IMG/VR virus record: IMGVR_UViG_3300045837_000032
Coordinates: 1 to 60,494 of that record
DNA length: 60,494 nt
Source of the DNA: a virus
Lineage: Duplodnaviria; Caudoviricetes
Direction: 5' to 3' (one strand)
The translations under genes were made by a program, and so were the position numbers. The notes under the pieces are model-generated. The model searched no databases, was not told the DNA's origin, and saw only the letters and a program-made list of their open reading frames with translations. How positions within the stretch are numbered: the stretch's first letter is position 1; each line of letters starts with the position of its first letter. Positions 28,781 through 40,193 of the stretch are shown in pieces.

Positions 28781-29763
28781 TGGACCAGCACACACTGAAC
28801 GTCTTGGCGCCGGTCGCCGGCATCCTGACCGGCCTGGGACTGTTGATCATTGGCGTGGCGCTGCTGGTCGCCAGCTACCCGCCAGACCTGACACAGCGAC
28901 CACGCCGGCCCGGCGTGCTGTTCGGATGGGTGGTGGTCCTGCTGTGTGGCGTGGCCGTCATCGTGCTGGCCGTGTTGCTGCTGATCGCGGCGCTGTAGGT
29001 GCCACCCGTCCGATGCCCCCGCATTCACGGCAGTACCGCACGCCCGCGTCCGTCGTGCTGCTGGCCCTCCAGGCGGTCGCGACCGGCCTGCATGTCGTCC
29101 CCAGCCTGGTCTATCCGCCGGCCAACGTCCGGACCACGACCCGCATCGTGGCGGAGATCAGTTCCCTGGGTCCGGTTTGGGTCCTCGTGTTCGGTGTGTC
29201 GTCCCTGGTCATGGGGGTGACACTGGCTATCGATCGAGGTCAGGCACATGCACACTTGATCTGTGCGGCGGTGTGGGTGATGTACGCCACCGGGCTGTGG
29301 ATCGGCTCCCTGGCCGTGGCGCCACACGGAACGGTGCTGTTCCCGGTGGTGGCCACGTTCGTGGTGATCTTCCACATGCTCCTGGCCGCCAGCTACAACG
29401 AGGACGCGGCCGGGCGGTCCAGGAGGTGACGCGGTGGAGACGATCGGCCCGCTGATCAGCGCCCTGGCTGCCCTGTTCTTCCTGATCTTCTCGGTTGTCG
29501 CGTTCATGGCGCGACGCTCGGAACGCCGGGCGTCCAACCTCGCGGCCATCCGGGAAACCAACATCGCCGCGTTGCGCTGGTCCTACGAGGTGCGCACCAA
29601 GGCGGCCATTCACGGGTGGGAACTGCCACCACTGCCTCGCGAGATGACGCCGGAGTACCTTACGGGCAGGGCCGAAGAAGGGGCCAATCCAGAGCTGGCC
29701 AAACTGGCGGATCTGGCCGCGCTTGCCGGCGGCGCGCTTCCCCGGCCCGGGGAGACGCCATGA
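28780..29763 (+). other. Three membrane proteins (28780-28998, about 29013-29429, 29434-29763), holin-like cluster
   Basis: About two, four and one predicted TM segments respectively. Confidence 0.55.
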
Positions 29764-30593
29764 CGCAGACCGAACAGCCCACGAGCGACCGCCGACGGCC
29801 GCCACGTCCGCCGACGCGCCAATACGGGTTCCTGATGGGGCTGTGGGCCGTGGCCGCCGCGCTGGTCGCGCTGGTCGTGGTGCTCTCGTTGGTGCTGTCC
29901 ACCCGCACCCAGAGCGCGACCGACAACGCCGGCCAGAACGCGGCGCTGGTCACGGCGGTCAAGAGCCAGGCCGCACCCCTGGCCGGGCAGGTGCAATCGG
30001 TGTGCAACTCCGGCGGCCAGGCCGCTGCCCAACTCGCGGCATCGGGCGCCTGCACCCAGGCCCAGAAGGTCCAGTCCGTGGTGGCCATCCCCGGTCCGTC
30101 CGGGCCTCCCGGACCCGGGCCGTCCCAGGCGGAGATCGACGGGGCCGTGAACCGGTATTTCGAGGCCCACCCGCTGCCGCCGGGCCAACTGCCACCGGTC
30201 AGCGAAGTGGCCGGTCTGGTCGCCAGCTACCTGGCCGCGAACCCGCCGGCGCCGGGCCAGAACGCCACACCCCAGATGGTGGCCGACGCGGTGACGAACT
30301 ACTGCACCGGGCACAACGGTTGTGCCGGGCCGGCCGGCCAGGACGCCACACCCGCGATGGTGGCCACGGCCGTGGCGGACTACTGCGGTGCGCACGCGAA
30401 CTGCCAGGGTCCGCAGGGCATCCCGGGCGAGAAAGGCGCGGACGGCCAGCCTGGGGCGACGGGTGCGCCGGGGGCGGACGGCAAGCCGCCGGCCACGTAC
30501 ACGGTGCTGGTTCCGGGGCTGGGCCGTGACCGGACGGAGACGTGCACGCGGACCAACACCGATGACGCGAATCCGTCCTACGCTTGCGCGTGA
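29760..30593 (+). CDS. Membrane-anchored protein with collagen-like G-X-Y repeats
   Basis: TM segment, GPSGPPGPGP, GPQGIPGEKGADGQPGATGAPGADG, duplicated ATPxMVAxAVxxYC. Confidence 0.75.
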   Translation: MTQTEQPTSDRRRPPRPPTRQYGFLMGLWAVAAALVALVVVLSLVLSTRTQSATDNAGQNAALVTAVKSQAAPLAGQVQSVCNSGGQAAAQLAASGACTQAQKVQSVVAIPGPSGPPGPGPSQAEIDGAVNRYFEAHPLPPGQLPPVSEVAGLVASYLAANPPAPGQNATPQMVADAVTNYCTGHNGCAGPAGQDATPAMVATAVADYCGAHANCQGPQGIPGEKGADGQPGATGAPGADGKPPATYTVLVPGLGRDRTETCTRTNTDDANPSYACA

Positions 30594-30677
30594 CGGTGGC
30601 CGGACTTCCACTGCCAGCCCACGGGCGCCGGATGCCGTGCCGGCTACCAGCGTAAGAGCATGACACCCGGCCATCGT

Positions 30678-30723
30678 CCCAGGTAAATGGCCATTGTCAC
30701 CCGATAGGCAACGGGGGTAACAT
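30678..30723 (+). promoter_or_regulatory. Conserved promoter/operator, copy 8 (leaderless), with CCCAGGTAAATGG box
   Basis: TTGTCA-18 nt-TAACAT; ATG at 30730. Confidence 0.85.
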
Positions 30724-30729
30724 GGTGGC

Positions 30730-31440
30730 ATGACCACGGAGAACGCCACCGAATCCCGCTACGCCGGCCCGCTACCGTTCGCCAAGCTTATCCACTCCAC
30801 GCTGAAATCCGCCGGCCTGGCCGACATGGACGTGCGGGTCACCAGCGGCCGGAAGAACACCTGGGTCCGCGTCAACTGGGACGAGGCCAACGACCGGTCG
30901 GAGGCCGTCCTGGCTGCCCTGCGCCCGCTGTGGAAGGACGGCCAGCGGCGCGTGAGCCTCGTCTGGTCGTGCCGCCGGGAGTGCACCGTGGTCATCCGTC
31001 GCAACGTGTGGCGCACGCTGGCGTCCATCTGATCAAGGGAGACGATCATGGCAGAGAAGCAGCCCAGTCAGGCGCAACAGGACGCCCTGATGGAGATCAT
31101 GTCCAGCGGGCACGGTATGAACGTGCGCCTGAACACGTTCGCCGCACTGGCCCGGCAGGGCTGGATCGTCGGCCGAGAGAAGGACGGCCCGCTCTACGCC
31201 AAGACGTGGCGGCGCCTCCAGGTCAGCGATGACATGGTCCGCTGGTTCAAGGAGCACAACCCGGAGCGGCTGGAGTTCCGGATTCACCTGCTGCATCAGA
31301 CGGCGGCCCAGTGGGACGCCCGGCCGTTCACCAAGAGCGTCATCAGTGATCGTTGGGTGGACCGGCGTCGGAACGTGTTACTGACGCCGGAGCAGGTGCT
31401 GGAGGCCGGCCTGGGTCGTCGGGAGTCAGTCCCAGCCTGA
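30730..31440 (+). other. Two hypothetical genes (30730-31032, 31048-31440)
   Basis: Leaderless start for the first; SD AAGGGAG for the second. Confidence 0.65.
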
Positions 31441-31635
31441 ACGCCCGGCGCCGGGCCAGGCCGACCGCGCGGCGTGCCGACTGCTGCCGGCGGAACTCGC
31501 GGACGTAGGCCCGGTGACGCTCCCGGGCGGTCGGTTCGCGCTGTTCGTTCATGATCCCATGATACGAGTGTGGCCCGCTGGCTTAGCACGCCAGCGGGCC
31601 ACAGCACGGAGAACGAACAACGGCAGGAGTACAGG

Positions 31636-32342
31636 CTAGCCCATCGGGCTGCCGCCGGCTGACGCCGGGTCGGCCGTGGCCGGGTCCACCTTGGCGGGTT
31701 CGGATGCTTCCACAGGTGTGGACACCGCTGGGGATGCCTGTGCGGCCGGCTGGTCGGCCTGCGGTGCAGGCGTCGGTGTCGGGGCCGGCGGGGGCGTCGG
31801 CACGGCGTTCTGGGCGGCCGTGACCGCCTCCTTGATCGTGGTGGCCCGCTGTTCGATTTCGGCCGCCAGGTCGGGACTGGGGTTGCCGTTGTTGATCTGC
31901 TGGTTCAGCACGCCGATCTGGGTTACCAGCGTGGACATCTCCTCCGAAATGCTGCTGATGGCGTTGTCCAGGTCACCCAGGGCCGTGGTTACCGCGTCCG
32001 TCATGATGTCGAACCTCCGTCCGATCCAGATGATGAGCTGGGCGAGATCGTCACGGGTGGCTGGTCTGCTTCCCCGCTGGGCTGTGCCGGTCCACCGGCC
32101 GGCGTAGGGTCCGCTTCCTGGCTGACCGGTGCTGGCTCGTTGAACACGGGCGCGCTGGCCGCGATCCCGGACGCTTGCTCCAGGTGTTGGACGATCGACA
32201 GGTGCGCCGGGTGTGAGTCGGTGCCGATCAGTTCGTCAATGTCCAGCGCGGCCTGTTTCAGAATGGCCACCATGCGCTCCGCGATCGTGCCGCCGGCTGT
32301 CACCAGGTGTTTCCACCTGTCCTCTATGTCGTTGAGTCCCAT
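31636..32342 (-). other. Two minus-strand hypothetical genes (32001-32342, 31636-32004), helical with Pro/Ala-rich tails
   Basis: Both preceded by GGAGG on the minus strand; ATGA overlap. Confidence 0.65.
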
Positions 32343-32355
32343 CCGTAACCTCCCG

Positions 32356-32385
32356 TTGTGTCCCCCCGTCGACCGGGGGTAACAT
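32356..32385 (+). promoter_or_regulatory. Conserved promoter/operator, copy 9
   Basis: TTGTGT-18 nt-TAACAT. Confidence 0.8.
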
Positions 32386-32415
32386 CGTCACACCGACGAC
32401 GGAGAGGACCACCGA

Positions 32416-34141
32416 ATGCTCCCCTTGATCGTGATCGGAGCGACCGAACCGATACGTGCCGCGCTGGAGCCATACGCCCAGGTGGGCCATATCGAGCACC
32501 ACCCTACGGCGGAGGATGCCCACCGCGCGCTGGGCGACTCCGGAACACCGTCGACACCGGCGGACACCGGTATCTGGCAGTGGTGCGTTCACGCGGCCTA
32601 CGGGCCGGAGGCGTACGGCCCGATCGTCGTTGGCGGTACACGACCGGGCACCGCCCGGCTGGCGCACTCCGGCCACACGCTGGTGCTGGGCTGGAATATC
32701 GATCCAGATCCAGGCGCACCGCGACGCGTGAGGGGCCAGCAGATCACCGGATCTGACCCGGACACGCTGCCCTGGCAGGTGGCCGTTGCGCTATCGGCGG
32801 ACCAGATCGTGGACCTGTCCAAACCGGCCGGCCTGCCGTTTCTGATCAGCTACCTGGAGTGGAAGTCCACGGGGGTGTGCCAGTCGTGATCGAACTACTG
32901 ATCCTGGTGCCGGTCGCCGGCCTGTTCATCCTGTCCATATCGGCCGGGATCGCCCTGGGGCACAAGATCAATCAGTGGAGGAGACGATGACCAGCCCGAC
33001 ACGCCAGCGTGCCACGCTGCACGTGCTGGCGCCCAGCATGAGCGCGGCCGTGAAGTGGGCGCCCACCGTCGGCCTGACGCGGGACATGTGGCTGTTCGTG
33101 CTCAACGCGGACACCCTGGCCGTGCTGGGGCCGCGTGATCACCTCGTCCTGGCACCTGACTGGGACCAGCGGCCCGGGAACCTGGCACTGCGGAACCTGG
33201 CCGTCCAGAAGGGCCTCCCGGTGCTGGCCACGGAGGCGGAGATCGTCCAGTGGCGCATGGACCAGCGCGGGCCGGCGTTCGAGGGACGCCACAATCCGGT
33301 GCTGGACCGCCCGGCCCTGGCCGGCGGGTTCCGCGTGCTGAAACCGGCCGCCAAGACGACGACGCGGCCACGGCGGACCCCTGGGCCGCGAGTGACGGCA
33401 CCCAAGGCGGCGCCCCAGCTTTCCAGCGAGGGCCTACCGCTGGCCCGGTGCGAGTTCTGCGGTGAGCCGATCGTCTGGGCGGAGACGCACCCGAACCCGA
33501 ACGCGCGCACGGCCAAGGGCCAGGAACCCAAGCTGGTGCCGATCGATCCGGAGCCGACGACCGACCCCCGGGCGCGGCTGGCGGTGACCACGAAGGAGGG
33601 CTGGCCGCGTCCGCGCGTCGGTGAGATGACCTACAACGCCATGCGGGGCTACCTGGATCGCGGCGGGAAGATCTACATCCAGCACGTCAAGACGTGTACC
33701 AAGGCCGACGACATGCGGCGCGGCATCGTGAACCGGCACACGAAACGGAAGTGACGCCATGCCCGTGGTGATCAGGGTCAAGCTCCGCGAGTACGTCACG
33801 GAGCAGGCAGCGGACGAGATCGCGGCGGAGTTGGAACGCCGGGAGGACGTGGCGGAAGCCAGCATGTCCTGGTCTGATCCGGCCCAGGCGTGGCGCGAGT
33901 CAGGCGCGGGGGTTTCCAGGTGAGCGCGAACAAGGCAACAGGAAACCCGGAGCGGTTCGAGGACGGGGCCGTGGCCGCGTGTGACACGCTGCACATGTGG
34001 GAGCCGGACCTGGGTGACACACCCGACGGTGACACGCTGGCCGCGTCCGACCTGGGCGAGAGTGCCGCCAAGGCGCGGCTGACGCTGGATGAACGGCTGG
34101 GTGCGCTGGCTGATTTCGCCGCGCTGTGGCGTACCGCGTAG
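32416..34141 (+). other. Hypothetical genes (32416-32889, about 32987-33754 with CxxC..HxxxC, 33759-33923, 33920-34141)
   Basis: SD sites and start/stop overlaps. Confidence 0.6.
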
Positions 34142-34145
34142 GCGC

Positions 34146-34175
34146 TTGCTGCCCGGTGGCCATGGGGGGTAACAT
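34146..34175 (+). promoter_or_regulatory. Conserved promoter/operator, copy 10 (leaderless)
   Basis: TTGCTG-18 nt-TAACAT; ATG at 34182. Confidence 0.8.
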
Positions 34176-34181
34176 GGCCTC

Positions 34182-34916
34182 ATGTCCAGCCGAATCGTCA
34201 ACGAGTGGGCTACTCTGCCGCTCCGGCACCTGTGGAAACCGATCATTGCCATGTTCCGGGCGTGGCCCCTCCGGGCGCGCGGACACCGGGCCTGGCGGCT
34301 GACCCTGGCCTACTGGCTGTTCGGCGGCTGGGCGATTGAGCTGTTGCTGTTGACGATCTACGTCTGGGCCGCACTGCTGTGGATCACTCTGGTGCTGGGC
34401 TGGCTGGTGTTCGGGATCACCCTGGGCCTAGCTCTGCGCCTGGTGTGGTTCCGCTGGCCACGAATCACCCCTGACAAGGAGCAGATCACCGATGCCGACG
34501 AAACAGACCAAGGACCAGATCAGTAGACGGGTCACGGAGCTGGGCGCCTCCGCCCAGGTGGCCAGCGCCATCACCGCCGTGCTGGACCTGAAACCGCCGA
34601 CCCGCCACCCGGACGACGACCCGGGGGAGTACGCGCTGCTCACGGAGGGCTGGCTGACGGCCATGGGTTCGGTGACCCGTGTCCTGGCCGACCGGCTGGA
34701 GGTTCGGACATGAAGATCAACTGGCTGGGCAGTAAGCACGCCTGGGACCGTGGCACCACCACCGTGGTCACCACACGGATGAGCGGCGGCAGTACCGGCG
34801 GCCGGCACCGGGCCGGCAAGGGCCTGCCCCGGTGCAAGTTCTGTCCCAAGGATGCCAAGCATTTGTCCAGTAACAACATCCCGGTGTGTGGCGCGCACGC
34901 GCACATGCTCCGATGA
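34182..34916 (+). other. Membrane protein (34182-34526) and two small genes (34492-34713, 34710-34916)
   Basis: Hydrophobic Trp-rich ORF; overlapping neighbours. Confidence 0.6.
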
Positions 34917-35076
34917 CTCCGCAACCCGCAACACAACCGCATCTCGATCACCCCGTCCGGCACACTCCAGGCCAGACGGGGTGACTCGCGTCGGAGGTCC
35001 CTAGGTCCGCCGGCCGTCGGTAGCCGTAGGCGCCCAATGCCCTGGCCGGAACTACGCGACCGAAGGGACACCAGCG

Positions 35077-36951
35077 GTGGACCGCATACTTGAGATCATC
35101 CGCGCACTCGCGGCGGCCGAAACCGATCGGGAACGCGCGGCCATTCAGGGGCAGCTTGCGGCGGAACTCCGCGCGGCCACGCCCGACGAACTCCAGGCAG
35201 CCCTGGCGGCCATCCGTGCGGAGGCCACCCAGTTGGCCACCCAGGAGGTCACGGAGGCCAACGTCCTGCTGCTGGAGCAGTTCGCGGCCGGCCAGCAGGC
35301 CATCACGGAGGCGCTGGCGGCCCGCAACGTCCAGGGTGACCTGGCGGCCCGACAGCAGGCCGCGCTGGGCCAGCTCGATAGCCAGGCGGCCAATGGTGAC
35401 GCGGGTGCCGGTGACGCCGGTTCCGGTGGCGACGGTAACGCGGCCGGCGACGGTACGCAGACCGCCAGTGGTGCGGCCAACGGCGACCAGGGCACCGGAG
35501 AAGGCGGCGCGGACAGCGGAGCCGGCCAGCAGGCTGGCGGTCAGCAGCGCAACCTGGGCGCCCTGGCGCGTGGTGACCAGAGCCCGGAGAACCGGGCCAG
35601 CCAGATCGGTGTCCGCGTGGTGGTGTCCGGCACAGTGCCGGGATTCACCCCCGGGACGGAGCTGGACCGCGCCACGCTGGCCCAGGCGTTCTCTCGGCTG
35701 GCCCAGGCCATCGACACGGGCGGAGCGCCCGGCCGGCACGACGTGGCCCACTACGAGTTCAGCTATCCGGCGGACCACACGCTGTCCGCCACGGACGCGC
35801 GGGCCAACCAGGAGCGCATCCAGGCCGCGACGAACCCCCAGGCGCTGGTGGCTGCCGCCCAGTCCGGTGGCTTGTGTCTGCCCCTGGAGGTCATCTACTC
35901 GATCAACGTGGTGGGCGTGACCGCCCGGCCGATCCGCGACGCGCTGACCCCGTTCCGGGTGGAGCGCGGCGGCATCCAGTACCGGTTGCCCTTCGACGCG
36001 CTCACCATGCCCCAGGGCCTGGGCGTCTGGGGCCAGGACAACGACCAGTCCGTGATCGTGTCGAACACGGGCGTGGTGACGTTCGAGGCCGGCAACGACA
36101 GCCAGGGCAACGCGTTCGGGCCGAAATCCTGCCTGGTGGTGGATTGCCCCGGCGTGGTGGAGGCGTCCATCTACTCCACGTACCTGTGCCTGGAGTTCGC
36201 GAACATGACCAGCCGGTTCGACACGGAATGGGTCGATGCCACCAACCAGGCCGCCCAGGTGGCCTGGGCACGGTTCGCGGAGAACCAGCTCCTGGCGCGC
36301 ATCCTCGCGGCCAGCAAGATCGTGTACTCCACCACCCAGTTCAGCGCGGTGCGGGACATGCTGTCCACCTACGACAAGGTGATCAGCTACTACCGCAACC
36401 GGCACCGCCTGGACGCCACGGTGCCCCTGCGCACGATCCTGCCCCAGTGGCTGATCGACATGTTGCGGACGGACATCGCCCGGATGATGAACACGACCGG
36501 TGACCCACAGGTCCAGTTCGCCGTGGCCCAGGCCAGCCTGGAATCGTGGTTCCGCACCCGCAACGTCAACGTCACCTGGCACCTGGACGGCCTGGCGGCC
36601 ACCGCTGCCCCCGTGGACGGTGTGGCAGTTCCCCAGCAGTTCTACAACACGCTGGTGTCCGGCCAGGCGGTGCCCGGCTGGCCCAACGCGGTGGACTCCG
36701 TGCTCTACCGCGAGGGTGACTGGCTGTTCCTGGACGGCGGCACGCTGGACATCGGCCTGGTGCGGGATTCCCAGCTCAACCTGCGCAACCGCTACCAGAC
36801 GTTCACGGAGACGTTCGAGGGCGTGGCGTTCCAGGGCCTGGAATCGCTCCGCGTGGTGCTGCCGCTGGTGCCCAACGGCGCCAGCTCCGGCACGATCGCC
36901 CCGCCGGCCACCACCGACGGCATGGCGGCCTACACGCTGGCTGGAGGCTGA
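35077..36951 (+). CDS. Major capsid (hexamer-type) protein with N-terminal scaffold-like coiled coil
   Basis: ALVAAA..GGLCLPLE..Y, RPIRDAL..F.VERGGIQY, KSCLVVDCP, FLDGGTLDIGLVRDS.LN..N.YQTF.ETFEGVA. Confidence 0.9.
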   Translation: MDRILEIIRALAAAETDRERAAIQGQLAAELRAATPDELQAALAAIRAEATQLATQEVTEANVLLLEQFAAGQQAITEALAARNVQGDLAARQQAALGQLDSQAANGDAGAGDAGSGGDGNAAGDGTQTASGAANGDQGTGEGGADSGAGQQAGGQQRNLGALARGDQSPENRASQIGVRVVVSGTVPGFTPGTELDRATLAQAFSRLAQAIDTGGAPGRHDVAHYEFSYPADHTLSATDARANQERIQAATNPQALVAAAQSGGLCLPLEVIYSINVVGVTARPIRDALTPFRVERGGIQYRLPFDALTMPQGLGVWGQDNDQSVIVSNTGVVTFEAGNDSQGNAFGPKSCLVVDCPGVVEASIYSTYLCLEFANMTSRFDTEWVDATNQAAQVAWARFAENQLLARILAASKIVYSTTQFSAVRDMLSTYDKVISYYRNRHRLDATVPLRTILPQWLIDMLRTDIARMMNTTGDPQVQFAVAQASLESWFRTRNVNVTWHLDGLAATAAPVDGVAVPQQFYNTLVSGQAVPGWPNAVDSVLYREGDWLFLDGGTLDIGLVRDSQLNLRNRYQTFTETFEGVAFQGLESLRVVLPLVPNGASSGTIAPPATTDGMAAYTLAGG

Positions 36952-37016
36952 TTCGCAGACACCGGCCGGGCGTGCCCACCGCGCCCGGCCGGTAACCAGC
37001 CACCAGGGAGGCGTCC

Positions 37017-37847
37017 ATGCTGTTCACCGAAGTACAACCGGTTCACGCGTCGTCCGTGCGCGCGGCCAACCTCCTGGCGTCCGCGCTGGACCCGGCGGAC
37101 TCTGGCGTGCGCTGGCAGGAGGGCATGGCGTGGCGGTCGGAGACCTGCCCGGCCTACCAGCCGGTGAACCCGTGCGTGGACCCGACCGACTTCCCGCCGG
37201 CCAGCACCGATGACGTGATCTATTACAAGCCGGCCGGGTTCCGGGTGTACGACGCGTGTTCCACGCGCAACGTGTCCATGGAGATCGCCCGGGTGGTCCG
37301 GCTGACGGACGCGGCCACCAGCTACGCCATGGCCAACGAGCTGTGGACCGGTGTCGGCACCAAGGCCAACCCGTACGACACGCCCACGGGCGGAACGGGC
37401 GTCACCAATGCCTACCTGGCCGGCACGACGGCGGAGACCATCACCACCACGGCCGCCGATCCGATGGAGGCACTGGGACTGCTGGAGGAGAACGCCCGAC
37501 GGCAGGCCGCCGGCCAACAGGTGTTCTTGCACGTGCCGCCCAGGATCACCACGCAACTGGGCGCCCAGCTCCGCCGGATCGGTAACACGATCTACACCCA
37601 GACGGATGCGATCGTGATCGCTGACCCCGGTTACCCGGGCACCGGTCCGGACGGCACCGATCCGGCCGCACCCGGCGTGTGGTGCTACGCAACCGGCCCG
37701 GTGGTCAAGCGGATGGACGCCATCGTGCCGATCAGCGAGGCCGCCGTGACCGTGGACCGGCGCACCAACCAGCGGACGATCTGGGCGGAACGCATGTTCG
37801 CCGTGACGTTTGACCCCTGCTGCCACTTCGCACTGTTGATCAGCTAG
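37017..37847 (+). CDS. Second capsid (pentamer-type) protein
   Basis: Follows the major capsid gene; RW..G, LWTG, GYPG, YATGPV, N.R...AER...V.FDPCC. Confidence 0.75.
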   Translation: MLFTEVQPVHASSVRAANLLASALDPADSGVRWQEGMAWRSETCPAYQPVNPCVDPTDFPPASTDDVIYYKPAGFRVYDACSTRNVSMEIARVVRLTDAATSYAMANELWTGVGTKANPYDTPTGGTGVTNAYLAGTTAETITTTAADPMEALGLLEENARRQAAGQQVFLHVPPRITTQLGAQLRRIGNTIYTQTDAIVIADPGYPGTGPDGTDPAAPGVWCYATGPVVKRMDAIVPISEAAVTVDRRTNQRTIWAERMFAVTFDPCCHFALLIS

Positions 37848-37856
37848 GAGACCGTG

Positions 37857-38783
37857 ATGACGTACGACGGTGCTGGAACCCTGTTCGCGCTGGGGTTGCG
37901 CGTCACCAAGCTGGACGCCACCGGCCTGCCGCTGGTCGGGGCCAACAACACCTATCTGACCGACGCCCTGGTCAAGATCGAGCTGGGGCTGGAGTACGAG
38001 GACGCCAAGGAAGTCGTCCAGCTCAACGGCGCCGGAATCGCCTGCGTCAACTACCAGGCCCCCTACACCCTGAAACGAGGCTCGATCGCCGGTCTCCAGT
38101 TCTGCCAGCCCGACCCCAACCTCCTGGCGTTCCTGCTGGGCGGTGACACGATCTCCGACTCCGCGATCCCGACGCCCAACCAGATCGGCTACCGGGCGCC
38201 CGTGGTGGGCGTGGAGGAGGTCCCGAACGGCGTATCGATCGAGGCGTGGAGCCGGGCCGTCATCGGTTCGGCCTACGCGCGCACGCTGCCGTTCCTGCAC
38301 TGGGTGATTCCCCAGTGCTACCTGACGCCCACCGGCTCCTGGGCGCTGGCCGGGGACGCGGCCATGCTGCCGGAGCTGACCGGCTACTCCGTGCAGAACC
38401 CGGCCTGGGGCAGCGGCCCGAACAACGACTGGGAATTTCCGTCGGACCGGGTGTGGCAGTACGTCCGCGAGGCCGCTACGCCCAATTTCGGCTCCGGCCT
38501 GACTGCCGTGGTGGCCCAGACGCCACCCACGTTGCTGTCCATCGCGGTGACGCCGGCCAACCCGTCGCTGGTGCACGGTGCCACCCGGCAGATGATGGCC
38601 ACCGGCTCGTACTCGAACCTGACCACCGCCGACCTGACGGCCACGGCGGGCTGGACATCGGGTACGCCGGCCGTGGCCACGGTGAACTCCACCGGCCTGG
38701 TCACGGCCGTGGCCGCCGGCAGTTCCGTCATCACGGCCACCGTCGGTGCCGTGTCCGGCAACACCACGATGACGATCACATGA
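37857..38783 (+). CDS. Major tail protein with C-terminal Ig-like (Big_2) domain
   Basis: LRVTKLD..G.P, NG.G..CV, W..GP; C-terminal SIAVTP...WTS..PAVATV...GLVTAVAAG...ITAT. Confidence 0.85.
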   Translation: MTYDGAGTLFALGLRVTKLDATGLPLVGANNTYLTDALVKIELGLEYEDAKEVVQLNGAGIACVNYQAPYTLKRGSIAGLQFCQPDPNLLAFLLGGDTISDSAIPTPNQIGYRAPVVGVEEVPNGVSIEAWSRAVIGSAYARTLPFLHWVIPQCYLTPTGSWALAGDAAMLPELTGYSVQNPAWGSGPNNDWEFPSDRVWQYVREAATPNFGSGLTAVVAQTPPTLLSIAVTPANPSLVHGATRQMMATGSYSNLTTADLTATAGWTSGTPAVATVNSTGLVTAVAAGSSVITATVGAVSGNTTMTIT

Positions 38784-39568
38784 GCACGCCGGTACAGCCG
38801 GCACCGCAGAGCAGCGAACTGTGTTCGGCCTGGGCCACCGTGGCCGACGTGCCGGAGCAGTTCCGGAGTAACGCGGCTGACGACCAGTGGACTCTGTGGC
38901 TCATGCTGGCGTCGGAAGTCATGTACAAATTGTCTGGTTCCCAGTGGTCCGGCGGTGGCTGCACCTACACGGCGGAGCTACGCGGCGCTCCGCCGGAGCC
39001 GGGTTCGGGCGCGTGGCCCTACTACCGGTCCTGGGGTCTGGCGCCCGCCGGGCCGGCGTACTGGTGGTGGAACAGCTTCCTGGGGTTCGCCTGGTTCCCC
39101 CAGTTCGTCGGGCCAGCACCGTCGGTGTACGCGGTCAAGCTGCCCCATGACGAGGTCACGGAGGTAACCCAGGTTCTGCTCAACGGAGAACCGTTCAGCT
39201 CCTGGCAACTGGTTCGCAAGTCCTGGATCGAGCGCACCGACGGCGACCGCTGGGGCAAGTCCACGGACACCACGCTGGTGACCTACACCTACGGCAATCC
39301 ACCGCCGGCCGGCGGGGTGAACTCCGTCGTTCAGCTTGCCGTGGAGATCATGAAGTGGCAGACGCAGGACAGCTCCTGTCGCCTGCCGAAACGGGTCACC
39401 AGCATCACGCGCCAGGGTGTCAGCCTCGCGGTGATCGACCCGATGAAGTTCTTCGACATCGGCCGGACCGGCGTCTACGAGATCGATCTGTGGCTGGTCA
39501 GCGTCAACCCGAAGGGCCGGCAACGGCGCGGACGCGTCTGGTCGCCGGACATCCCGGCCGCACGCTGA
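38780..39568 (+). CDS. Head-to-tail adaptor
   Basis: CRLPKRVTSITRQGVS, TG..EIDLWL..VNP, VWSPD. Confidence 0.8.
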   Translation: MSTPVQPAPQSSELCSAWATVADVPEQFRSNAADDQWTLWLMLASEVMYKLSGSQWSGGGCTYTAELRGAPPEPGSGAWPYYRSWGLAPAGPAYWWWNSFLGFAWFPQFVGPAPSVYAVKLPHDEVTEVTQVLLNGEPFSSWQLVRKSWIERTDGDRWGKSTDTTLVTYTYGNPPPAGGVNSVVQLAVEIMKWQTQDSSCRLPKRVTSITRQGVSLAVIDPMKFFDIGRTGVYEIDLWLVSVNPKGRQRRGRVWSPDIPAAR

Positions 39569-40193
39569 TGTTCGGCCACCTGTTCCCCAGCTTCGATGCC
39601 TGGTGGCCGAACATCTTCGCCTGGCTGATCCAGACCCCGGTGGTGGGCACGGTGGTGTGGCTGGCACACCGGGCCGGGGTTCGCCGGGTGGTGGCCGTGG
39701 TGCGGGACCTGCACAAGATCCACTTGGCGGAGATCCGCAAGGCGCACCAGAACCACGTCCAGCAGGTCCAGACGATGCTGGATGACCACCGCCGGGCGTT
39801 GGGACTTCCGGACACGCAAGGTGTCACGTCCGGCCAGGACGCGCCTACGCTGCCGTCATGACGCTGTCCCGACCGCACGACCCGTTCAGCCCGCACCGGG
39901 AGGCGCTGGACACCGTGTCCTCCCCTGCCGCGTGGCGCCAGCACCAGGTGGCCATCACTGCCGGCGGCCTGACCGTCACCAAGCTGGATGCCGACGGCAA
40001 GCCGACCCTGGAGGCGTTCACCAGCGCGGGACCGGTCACCCTGACGTTCGAGCCCCACCTGTTCGAACCGGGACCGGCCGTGGACGCGGTGATCGTGGAC
40101 GATCCGGACTCACCGGCCGCCAAGATGACCCAGCCACGCCAGCGGCGCGCGAGGGCACCGCGTAGGCGCACCCAGCCGAAGGGCAAGCTGTGA
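39568..40193 (+). other. Two small hypothetical genes (39568-39861 membrane, 39858-40193)
   Basis: Overlapping starts and stops within the tail operon. Confidence 0.55.

Noticed and set aside
29760-30593. Collagen-like protein as a tail fiber
   Set aside because: It has an N-terminal membrane anchor and lies among membrane genes, which fits a lysis- or envelope-associated role better.
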